A stretch of DNA of 64,000 nucleotides from Trypanosoma brucei. Its lineage: Eukaryota. The translations under genes and the position numbers were made by a program. Shown piece by piece: positions 39,408 through 49,909 of this stretch; within the stretch, counting starts at the first letter, position 1; each line of letters starts with the position of its first letter. The notes under the pieces were generated by a model. That model was not told where the DNA came from and did no database searches. It was given only the letters and a program-made list of their open reading frames with translations. The DNA is taken from contig CP000071.1 in assembly GCA_000002445.1 (NCBI GenBank), positions 512,001-576,000 on the forward strand. Reading direction: 5' to 3'.

Positions 39408-42400
39408 GGGAGGCTCTGCCACAGTTGCCAGACCGATAGCATCTCAGGGCTCTACGGTGATGGCTGATGGCCGCGCCAGTGGGGGGAAACTCTCACGAAG
39501 GCACGAAGAAAATTAAATTAAATTAATTATTCTTACCAGAATACCCTCTATTTTTCGCGTTGTTTCCCTTTTTTCATCGCAGTCGCTAGCCGGCTGAAAT
39601 GGTTTCATGCTTCCATTATAAAGCGGGCCATGGTGGCCCCCTCTTTCCCGTCAGGGGGGATCGTTTGTTGCGGTATGCCGAGTATAACGTGCGAGCCCGC
39701 CTCGGTGTGTTTTGGGGGTTTGACCGTCTTTCCGATTGTTCTGCCTCCTCATTCCGTTCCTTTCACCTCACAGCCGTAATGATGTCTTTCCCTCACTCCA
39801 AGGCGCTGTTGTGGCGTCAGGTTGTTCCGCGCGCCTTTTTTTCCGCCTACACTATCGTTTTACCTGGTCCAACCAAGTAAAATCGTGAATTGGAACGCCG
39901 GCTTTAGCCCCTTCTTCGGTTGGTTCCACTATGTGTTTATATCCGTCGCGAAGTCCCGCTTTTTTAATATCGCAGGACCTGTGGCTTACAGCGGGGGAAA
40001 GGGACGATGGATCAGTGTACGGTGATGCGCTCCTCCCTCTTTTCGGCCGTTTTCTCGCAATATCCATGACGGCTGCGCGCCAACCTCCTATCACTAGAAT
40101 TTCTGCTCCGTGGCTAAGTGTCAGTTTCCGCACCCCTTGCCAGTGGTTTTTCCTTTTTTGCTCCCTCTCTCCGGGATGCCGGCGACACAGTCCCTGACGA
40201 GCTGTTGAGCGCTGCTGCTCCGCCAGCCCGTTTCCGACCTGCTTCCCGAAACCATGTCACAGTCTTCGGTGACTTTTTACACTTTTTACTCTATCCCTGT
40301 TTGCCTTCAGCTCTTCGGGGCGCCGTTCAATCAAAGAGGTCCTCCCCACCAATATTGCCGCGGCAGTTGCACCGTCATCTGAAAAGACAAACCAGCCGGT
40401 TCTCGAAAGAAGGCATGTCGGATTGCTGATTTTTTCTCTTCACAGGCCCACTGACAACTTATTCACTTCCCCTTCCCCCGCCCCTTCCGCCAAGAGTAAA
40501 GTTCATCGACGCGTGGATGCGCTACCCGTTGTTTTTTTCTCTTTGTCATTTTGCTTTTGCGGACAGTGGCCCACTGAGTTTGAGTGGAGCTGCGGAGGCG
40601 CTCTGTAATGTGTTGGGGAAGTTGAAATCGGTGTATGCCTTCGTCCAAGCGAAAACTAGGTATGCAGCCGAGAAAGTGAGGGAGTTTGAGGATATGGTGG
40701 AGTTGGTGAGGTCGAAGATTGCGAGGGGCAGGAAAAACGGGGAAAGACGATAATAACCGCACCTCGTGCACGAGCATTGAAAAGTTTTCGGATTGTGGAC
40801 GGAGCGTGGGATAGGTGGGCCGGAGGGCGAGGGAACGGAGAGTGCTGAGGTGTGTATTGGATACGCAGCCGTGAAGGATGCTGAGCAAAGGGAGGTTTTG
40901 AGGCGGCATGAGGCTCGACGAAATGGTGGCTGCGCTCGGGAATCTGTAAAAAAATACTGAAAATTATTTATGGTTGATGTACTCGAGAACACCGCGGGAA
41001 GAACTTACCACCAAGCTGCTCCGCCGGAACAGAGCGAAACGAAAGGGCAGTATAGTGGGAATCCATCAAAACCATGGGGGACGTAGCTGCTTCTCCTTCG
41101 GACAAATCATACGCAATGAGTTTGGAGGGTGCAGGGAGCTGGCCTGTGCATGGGTGGGGGTTGGAGACGCAACGACGGTTTTGGAGGAATTCGGGCTTTC
41201 TGCTTGATGCTGTTGGAAAGAATTGCGGCGGGAACAAAATTGGAGAAAATGATCCCATCTGCAAAGCATCATTTTTTGTGGAAATGCTGACCTGCTCGGA
41301 ATTGTGTAATTGGAAAAAGGCGGCCCCCAAAGAGATGGCAACCCACTCGGCACATAATACGAAAAAGGCACGTGTATATACATATATATGATGGTGATGG
41401 TAAGGAAAGAAGCAATGAAGGAACCCACACGGTACGAAGAAGCGAAAAAAAAATCCACAACAACCATTCAAAACTCTAATTAATACAAAAAAAGAGAGGG
41501 ATGTGTAGTGAAAACTTCTCACAAAATCCCATATTTCGCTTCGTTAAAGAAAAGCTGTATGTGGGGAAAGACGTTAGTGATAGAGAAAACCCCGTTGCTG
41601 GTACCGTGGGTGATATGGGTGAGTGGAAAAGGGGAGAGGAACACGAAAAGAGCGTGGAAGACTGGGTGGCTTGGGTGCCGCACTCACTCCCACCTCCTAC
41701 GAAACCCCACGGAATGATGACCAAACGATGGGTGCAGAAGCCAAAGGTCAGAAGAATCGCACAAAATGAAATACTGTGACGCTGTCGTGTGCATCGTGGA
41801 TGTCTCGTCCCTGAATTCGCCTAAGCCATCCTTTTGGATTTTGCCATACTAGTCTGGTTTTCAGTTGCACAGCAGAGGGGCCACTTCAACAGCTCAGCCC
41901 ACTAACAGGGAAATGCTGGGGACTGGCATGCGATTTCCTGGGAAAGAGGGGGGGGTCTTGAATACGTGGTGGGGTGCATCAACACAACTTGTTGGGAATA
42001 ACACTGATTGCCCGAGCGGCAGCGAGCACCACGACCGAGGACCCATGTGGGTATACAATGGGGAACCTGCGCCATCGCTGATGTCAAAAGCACGGCGTCG
42101 TAACCACGGATATACAGAAGTTGTGGGCTGTACGCTTTGATGCGTGTATACGCATAACAGCGAAGAAGCGTACAAGAGCGTAAGTTTACCAATGAAAGTC
42201 AGCAACACGTGCATCACTACCATCGCTACTTTGCGTTTAGTCGCACCACCTCACCGTTTTAGGGCTTTCTTCAAGCAGCAGCTACCAAAATTACTTCCCA
42301 CTTTACTGGCTCCTAACCTGCAAAGATCCATTGGCAGTGTATCCACGCACTGCACTTTTAGTTTATCGGTTGTAACCTTTCCATTAGCACCAGTTTTCAC

Positions 42401-43011
42401 TCCGAACCTCCTTCAGTGTCTGCCGCGCCGGCTTGCATACAGAAGTAAGAGGATTAAGATCCTTTCCTTTTACTTCTGACAACCCTGAGTTGCCTCTGGT
42501 CGATAGGCCCACACATATTGGGAAAAGCCCTACCAAATTTGGAAAAAGAGATCTAAAGAGTATGATCCTTTAGTAGAGTTTTAACCAAAACGTCGTTGAT
42601 TGTGAAGTAACATTCGGAGGATGAACGTGAATGTCGCTCAAATAAAGCAGATCTTCGCTTTTAGCAGCCCCAAGCGATGCTTGTTATTTCATTGGCGGCA
42701 AGCATGTCTAGGCAACTGTTGCTTTTCTTTGTACTGCCGCCAAGCTTATCGTCGGAAAATCTTTATGGGAATATATTGTCCGTAAAGCGTGCAGCCCCAT
42801 GCTGAGCCGTTCAGTCGGTAATACACATTACGCTGCATTCTCTTGCCTTCCACGGTTGTTCAAATACAACCGAAAAGGCGCGTCATTCAGGGATGGCAGC
42901 TCCGGGTCATGAGGATGGGATGCACCTCCACTGGATACAAACACACATACCGTATAAAATATGCTGTGAGAGCCGGCTCTACCGTTTTTGCCGACCGATC
43001 GAGGCGCTCAT

Positions 43012-43395
43012 CTATACATCTCGCGTGTTGAAAAAAGCGCCCAACTTTCTCGGCTCATACGGTATTTCGTACTGCTTTTTCTTGAGGTTGCTCAGTCTTT
43101 CGAGGAATACACAATTTTCTTGGTAGGCGTCACCAAGCTCAATGAACCGCTGCCTTTCTGCAGCACCCAACGCCCCCAGACTCAACTCCTTCAGAAATAG
43201 GGAGTTCATCTCGTTGCAAAACTTTTGTCGTTCCCCCTCCACTTTTTCCTTCATCCTCCCGAGTACATCTTCGACCTCCCACATACGCCACCGACGGTCA
43301 GGTGTAAAGGTGCGTCTTCTAACCTCGCTGTCCCTTCCCAAAAGGCAATAAGTCAGCATAACACTTTGACTAACGACCCGGCGAGGAACAAACAA
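43012..43395 (-). CDS. Possible small hypothetical protein, 127 aa, charged and helical.
   Basis: ORF lies on the same strand as the minus-strand gene array. Composition is protein-like (…EVEDVLGRMKEKVEGERQKF…FIELGDAYQENCVFLERLSNLKKKQYEIPYEPRKLG). It sits inside the strand-switch region, so it could be spurious. Confidence 0.3.
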   Translation of the reverse strand: MFVPRRVVSQSVMLTYCLLGRDSEVRRRTFTPDRRWRMWEVEDVLGRMKEKVEGERQKFCNEMNSLFLKELSLGALGAAERQRFIELGDAYQENCVFLERLSNLKKKQYEIPYEPRKLGAFFNTRDV

Positions 43396-46244
43396 TTTTA
43401 GCTACAAAGAGCGCCTGCGACAACCCCTAAAATTTTAAAATTTACTTCAGACTCATGGAGTAAAACACCAATTTCGACTGCAGCTAAAGAGGCTGCAAGA
43501 CGTCATTACACTGCTTCAACAGTAAACAAAAGATAAAGCGAAAGACTTCCACCATAACAACGACGTAAAAAACAACTGAACTAACATAACCTTCTCCCAT
43601 AATCCCCCCTCCGCTTAACGGTGGCTTCCGCCCCTGCAAATCTTCCCGCCGAAAGTTGCTTCGGAGGAATGGCCCCGCATTACTACTGCAAAACTTCCCG
43701 GTAATACATTTCACCCTGGGGGCGGTGGGTAATCTATCTTTCCGGTGCCGTCCTGCCAATGCGTTAAACCAACATCATTAAATATACACCAACTTGTAGT
43801 TAAACACGTTGTCCACAACCGCACTCACAACAACTCAGATCACGTCAAACCCCTCTCGCATACCCTCTTCAACTTTCTCGAATGAACCACATTCCCCCCC
43901 TCCCACTTCTGAAAGCACTGGTGACGACCCTCGCGAATATAATATGCACTATTCACTCCGACGCGCTGTTGAAGAGGAGCCCAGTGGCAGAACTCACATT
44001 ACTGTTAATTGTTGCATTTGAAGCGTGTTCACCCTTATCACGCATCCCAAATGCCCCAGACGAGGAACGAGAGACCCTTTACAAGGCACAAGGACAAACC
44101 CTACAGCATGAGAAAACAACACCTTTTTTTGTCCGTTAGCGTCGCAACCCCTCAGTGGTTGGAGATCTCGAGACGCTTGAAACGCATAGATACTCCAATA
44201 CCTAATGCGGGCTTAACAATGAGATATTCTGCGAGATTCACCACTAAAGTCACAGTCTTTACTGCATCCCTACACGCTGCAGAGCCCAACTTTCTCTCCT
44301 CCTCCCGCGCCAACTTCCATTCCCAAGGACGCTCCCGGTATGTGAAATGAATATATAAATCCTCTTCCCCTGGAGCTCATCATCCATTCCCCAAGAATAT
44401 GCCCGCTTGTGAGCATTCATGTACTTACATACCCTAAAACCACCCCACAATCGAACCACTTGCTATTAAGTTACCGAAGTAGAAACGATAATATTAACGG
44501 TGCTATTACTCTTAACGATTCGGAGCGATTGAAAGCGCCCTGACTTTAATAGCGTTCTGTTAACTTTATAACCGCCCTTCTACCGCGTGACAACGCACTA
44601 AAGGAACGCAGTCATTTTGTTGCGGACTATTGTGGTGCTGGAAACGGCAAGGGGGCGATGACGAGGGAACTACTTACGATAAGATTATTACGTCGCTGAC
44701 GCTCCCATTACCCCCACTTCTACTCTCCCCTTCCCCAAACAATACACGCAACACACAAAAGCCTCCAGAATAAACCACTTTATCTCCAAACTTCGATTAG
44801 GATTTGCACTTCCCCAACTCAACATGGTTCACCTTTATTTTGCCTTCCCAACTCCCTCTTGAACGTCACTGCGCATTCATTACGGGGGCATCGGTTAAGA
44901 GGTAAAAAAAAACGCTGGCAAAACGGAACCTTCAAATCCACTCAGGTAACACACTCATTACTTGCGTGTTGTTATCACTCTCTCGTCCACAGCGTTCTTC
45001 TAACAAGAGCACAGGACATTGACATGCGGTAACGTGGAACATTCAAAAACTGCAGATTGGTTGAGGTAAAAAATAAAACAGGAAATGAAACAAAAACAAA
45101 TTCCAACAGAAAAGAACAGGACCATCGGAAGGAGACTCCTTTCACTTGGGGCTTTCAATATGATACGAATGAGCGCAATTATTTAATTCACTTGCGGAAG
45201 CTTTCCTTTTTATCGCAGCCATTTGAGTGGAGCCTCTTTCAAACCCCGACCCAAGACGTGGCGGGGGGGGACCGTTTGTTTCCCTATTGTGGGCCTGTAG
45301 AAGCTGAATGAAAACAAGTGAGTTCCCCCCTCCGTTCCATCGTTAAATAAACACCGAGCAGAGGCTGGCCATATTTAGTTGTGAAGCGGTTCCGTTATAA
45401 TTCCTCGCGGCACAGCACAAATTAGCAGTTTAACTTTCACCTCTTTTTTTTCTTTCATGATCTTTTCACACCGGAACGAGATCATGTGCACTCGAAACTA
45501 CTACACTCCGAAAAAAAGGGAGGCCCATCCAAGCGCGAACAAAGGTGGGAGGAAGAAACTAAGAGGGGGAAAAGAAAAAGTCTATAGGTATGAGAGAGTA
45601 AATGGAGAAAATAATGAAAAATAGGGGAGAAGGGGACAAACAAACACACACACACAAAAAACAAACAAACAAACAGAAACGGTAGGGAATGTTGCAAAGG
45701 CGTATCGGAAGGCAAATCGCCAACGGAGACCCCTCCTGTTAGGAAATGAGAGGTGAAAAGGAGCACTAATCCACACATGCACAAATACATCCTCGCATAG
45801 GAATGATAGTGAACCGAAGGGAAGGTAAGAAGGAACAAACGCACATATACACACATACACACCAAACCCCGCCACGCCCGATATCCCCGCAACGGTTGTG
45901 GCCAGCCCTCGCAAAACCCTCCTCGTGTCTAAAAAAAAGAAAAACTCCACCAAACACGGGACGGGCAAGAGGAACTTCACCATGAAGCGTATACATAAAA
46001 ATATCACCGTGCCATGTTGCACGTATCCAAAAAGGGGTGTGATAATACAAAAATGAAGAAGTGAAGGGGTGGGGATTGGAAGGACGCCTCGGCACAACAC
46101 CGCAACAGAAGGGGAAAACTATGAAAAAATATTGAAAGGGGGAGACAAAAAGAGACGCGACAAAGGGGGAGGGTGTGGAAAGAGAGTCAGAAACGAAATA
46201 GCAGCCGATGGAATGACTGTTGGTTAACCGACGGAGCCACCACC

Positions 46245-48023
46245 TCACTGCACAGCAGGTGCGAAGTAACGCACATGATCGGGGAGAACAATTTCGACTG
46301 AAACGTCCGCGCCGCCTTCGCTCTTCCCTCTAGCTTTCTTTTGTCTCATTGCTTTAGCTTTCTGCTCGCGTATCATCTCTAACATCTTAGCTCGCTCCTG
46401 CTCACGTTTCGCACGCTGCGCCTGCCGCTCTTCCTCTCGCTGGGGTGAATGCCGTAAAGGAGAAAGTTGTCTGCAGGCAGAGCCCGTGCTTTTTATCCGT
46501 ATGAATCCTTGAGCCGCTAAATGGTTAACCAGTGAAGGCTCGCGTGCGAAGGGCGAGTGCCTCCTACTCGGCCGTGCTGCACATGCCGCCTGCTTGGGCC
46601 GCTTGCCCTTCGCGATCCCTACCGACACCACTGACAAATCTGCAGGACTAACCGCCTCTACATCAGACCGGGTGTTCTGCCGATTCTGCTGCTTCTCTTC
46701 ACGTGGCGCCACCGCTACTTTCCGGCCGGCCCTCAGCCCCTTTTGTGGTGTGGCGCCTTTTCTTACGGAAGTGTCAACTTTAGATGCCACAGCACATGGC
46801 TGTAAGCCATCTTGTGACCCACCTTGGCTCTCTACAGGTCCCTCCGCGATTAAAATATCGTCGGCCGGGCGGAACTTTTGCAGGTAAGACTCAATGAATT
46901 TAACATCGTTGTTACGTGCGTGGATCCACTGGGACAGCTGGCTCTCCCCACTACTATCAGAGGAACCTGCTGCGTGCCCTATCGGTCCTCGTTTGGCCTG
47001 CCGTGGTTGCTGCTTCCGCTGCTTCTGCGGCAATTTTTGCGGCGTTCCCTCCTGTTGTGCCTCCAGTTCCGGTTGTCGCTGTGGGTGGAGATGTTGGGGC
47101 TTCTTATGCACCATTACGGAAGCATGCAGTGCCCGCTTGGGGCCAAGCGCCCGCTGTTGCTGTTGCTGCTGTTTTTTTAGTACTACCTTACGGTGTCGGG
47201 GTGAGGATGCCTTTTCATCCGGCGTTACCGCAGCCGTTGTTTGGCGTACTTGGATTGCCCGTTCTGTCATCTCCATTACCTTTTCCAGCCCATACCGCTT
47301 GTTGGGGTCTGTCTGCAGCATCCCCATAATAATTGCCTGAATATCCTCCGGGACGGCAGCCGGGAGCGGGGCGATATCACCCGCTGTTATCTGCCGCACG
47401 AGACTGGCGAAACTGTCGGATGAAAAGGGACGACGCAGACACGCCATCTCGTAAAAGACACAACCGAGTGACCAAACATCCGACGGATAACTGTACGGCA
47501 TACCTAAAAGTAACTCCGGTGACAACCAAATGGGTGACCCAACGAAAGTGGTCGTGAGAGATGCGGATCCCGACATGGCCTTAGAGGATCCAAAGTCGCC
47601 CAAGTATAGCTCCGATGCATCGGCGTTCACAAATACATTCCCGGGTTTGACGTCCCTGTGCATGATACTCAGCCCGTGGCAACACTTCAGTGCCGATATG
47701 AGCTGCTGGAAACCACGGAGAAGCGCAAGATGGGGAAGGGCCTTCTTCCGCCGCGCAAGGCGCTCCAGATGAGACTCCAGATCACCGCCCTCCGCATACT
47801 GCAGCACAACGTAAAGCCCGCCGTCGTGAACAAAAGACTCCAAGTATGGAATAATGTTAGGGTGCCGCGCCCGCATGGACACATTTACCTCCTGCATCCC
47901 CTGTGTTCCATCAGCCAAACGTTTAATAACGACGCGCTTCGTCTCATTTTGTTTGTCAACCGCGAGATATGCACCACTCGTGCCCCCTAGCTGCCGTATA
48001 ACGGTGTAGTGATCCATCCCCAT
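46245..48023 (-). CDS. Ser/Thr protein kinase, NEK-like, 592 aa.
   Basis: ATG verified at 48023. Kinase subdomains: GxGxxG-region LGGTSGAYLAV, VIK, HRDVKPGNVFV, DFGSSK, GSPIWLSPE, DVWSLGCVFYEM. C-terminal Q-rich, then Lys/Arg/Glu-rich coiled-coil tail. Confidence 0.85.
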   Translation of the reverse strand: MGMDHYTVIRQLGGTSGAYLAVDKQNETKRVVIKRLADGTQGMQEVNVSMRARHPNIIPYLESFVHDGGLYVVLQYAEGGDLESHLERLARRKKALPHLALLRGFQQLISALKCCHGLSIMHRDVKPGNVFVNADASELYLGDFGSSKAMSGSASLTTTFVGSPIWLSPELLLGMPYSYPSDVWSLGCVFYEMACLRRPFSSDSFASLVRQITAGDIAPLPAAVPEDIQAIIMGMLQTDPNKRYGLEKVMEMTERAIQVRQTTAAVTPDEKASSPRHRKVVLKKQQQQQQRALGPKRALHASVMVHKKPQHLHPQRQPELEAQQEGTPQKLPQKQRKQQPRQAKRGPIGHAAGSSDSSGESQLSQWIHARNNDVKFIESYLQKFRPADDILIAEGPVESQGGSQDGLQPCAVASKVDTSVRKGATPQKGLRAGRKVAVAPREEKQQNRQNTRSDVEAVSPADLSVVSVGIAKGKRPKQAACAARPSRRHSPFAREPSLVNHLAAQGFIRIKSTGSACRQLSPLRHSPQREEERQAQRAKREQERAKMLEMIREQKAKAMRQKKARGKSEGGADVSVEIVLPDHVRYFAPAVQ

Positions 48024-48863
48024 TTTTTTTGTTTCGCACCCGTATCTACGGCTATCTTCGAAACAATCTTCCTACACGCTTTACCTCGTGCTGTATTATT
48101 TGCCCAGGCAAGAATATCTCTACTTTCCCTCCCTCCGAATTGTACTCCGTTTGTTCGCAGTCGTGCCTTCGGGGTGTTTCCGAGGTAAGCGTGGTGTGTA
48201 TTTAAATAAATAAATAAATATATATATATTTGTCTTCGTATGTTTCCCCCGGTTGCTCCTCTCTTTGAGAGGTTGACGCCGCTTTCGGTACGGCAGCGAA
48301 CAAAAGAGGTTTCGTTTCTTCTCCTGGTTCCACCCCTCGTTGCTTCTCCGCACCTGCAGCAAACAAAGGGCAAACCCTAAGCACAATGAAAGCAAAAAAC
48401 AACAACAGAAAAGAAGGGAGGGGAAAAGGAAGCAGTGAAACATGGCGCAGGAACTGAAATAAAATGATCACCTAATGAAAAAGGGGATATGCGCGCAAGA
48501 AAAAGCCATCTAACTCTATCCACAAGGGTGAAACACGATCTACCTACCGGGGCCTTACACAAAGTGAAGAAGCAAAAGCGTTACGCAAGTAAGAAAGCCC
48601 AGAGCAGTAACCACAGCCGAGGGAGGGGAAGGAACCCTTCCCTTCCCTCTGTTGCTTACCTTTAATACACTCTCATCTCCACAAGTGGGACTCAGTGGTG
48701 GGAGAATGTGTGAATTCGCGGTTCTCGCGCTGATCTAGCGTTGTTCCACCCTTTTCACCCATTCTAATACTGTCTCTTCGATTTCCTCGTCATACTTCTA
48801 GGCGTTAGTCGTTTAACCAGCCATCATCGCCATTTTTCTTCTTTTTGATATCTTGACTTCTCT

Positions 48864-49466
48864 TCAACTGGGGTCACCAATGAGTAAAATACTCTCACTT
48901 GCGGTTTCCTCAAGTCCCCCTCGTTCCACCTCCCCCAAGCACGGTAAGGTAACGTCAGGTAACTGCATCTCGAACTGCTCGTGGCGCCGCTTGGCATTTA
49001 AGCGCACCTTTTCTACATTTCTCTCTAGTGCAAGAATTTCCCTGTCTTTTTCTTCCAGCATCATCTTAACGCGCGTAAGTTCCTCACGCGCCTGGCTCAC
49101 CTTCCCGACTGTGGCCTGTCGTTGCGCTACTTCCTGCTGGAGTTTCCCAATGCTCTCCGCGTAATCTTTTTGAACGTTGGTCAGACGTTCCTCTTCCTTT
49201 AGAAGTGAATCCAAGAGCTCCTTTTGCCCCAATTCGCACCTTCTCTTTTCACTGATTTTGGCCTCCTGTGAGGCTTTCTTCTGGGTGAACTCATCGATTA
49301 AACGTTGCAGGTCTTGCTGCCTCTGCCTGAGCTGGCCGGAGAGGGACTCTGCCCTTCGGCGAAGATCCTCGACAATTCGGCGACGAAGTTGCACCGTGTT
49401 CATCTTTTCAGAGATTGCGGCGGAGCGTGTTTGGTAGTCGCCCGCCATGGGGGCACTCGCCATCAT
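48864..49466 (-). CDS. Hypothetical coiled-coil protein, 200 aa.
   Basis: ATG verified at 49466. Heptad-like, highly charged sequence (RRRIVEDLRRRAESLSGQLRQRQQDLQRLIDEFTQKK...). Same strand as the flanking kinases. The overlapping plus-strand ORFs are rejected. Confidence 0.5.
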   Translation of the reverse strand: MMASAPMAGDYQTRSAAISEKMNTVQLRRRIVEDLRRRAESLSGQLRQRQQDLQRLIDEFTQKKASQEAKISEKRRCELGQKELLDSLLKEEERLTNVQKDYAESIGKLQQEVAQRQATVGKVSQAREELTRVKMMLEEKDREILALERNVEKVRLNAKRRHEQFEMQLPDVTLPCLGEVERGGLEETASESILLIGDPS

Positions 49467-49909
49467 GATTTACTCACCTGTGATGTGGTAGCTTTGCGGA
49501 GGGGTGGTTTTCCTTTAATGCCAAAGGTAGGTATACGTGTGGGTCTTTAGAGGGTGAAACTGGCGTGGGCAACGACAGGAACGAGGGTATCGAAGAAGAG
49601 AACATGCATCTTTTTTTTAAAAAAGGAACAAGCGTGCAGCAGGAACAGCCACGGAGGACGATGGATGATAATTAGCAGCGACCGCAAGGGAAACTCTATA
49701 GAATATATTTCTTAAGAAGGAAAAAGATGCAAACGCATTTCTGTATATGCAGCAAAAGCAACAGTTTCTTGAGCGCTTACACTGTGAGATTGTCCACTCC
49801 TTTCTCACAGGCAGCTACACGTACGCGATTAGCCGTTCTCTTATGTTGTGAAACCCGCTATTGTGGTTGTGAGAACAAACGAAGGGGAAAGGAAAAAATC
49901 CGCTGCCGC

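Noticed and set aside
40463..42479. Multiple overlapping 100-184-aa ORFs on both strands in the GC-richer block of the strand-switch region.
   Set aside because: Mutually overlapping in several frames and both strands, with proline/serine/leucine-rich composition typical of random GC-rich ORFs. Kept only as a possible pseudogene-remnant region in the findings.
45482..46248. Minus-strand ORFs of 136-172 aa directly downstream of the kinase gene.
   Set aside because: They derive from the purine-rich (minus-strand pyrimidine-rich) simple-sequence tract and translate to low-complexity L/F/C/V-rich peptides. Consistent with UTR/intergenic sequence.
48853..49550. Plus-strand ORFs (103, 86 and 81 aa) overlapping the 200-aa coiled-coil gene.
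   Set aside because: They are on the opposite strand from the surrounding minus-strand gene array and overlap a better-supported ORF. Ser/Arg/Cys-rich composition.
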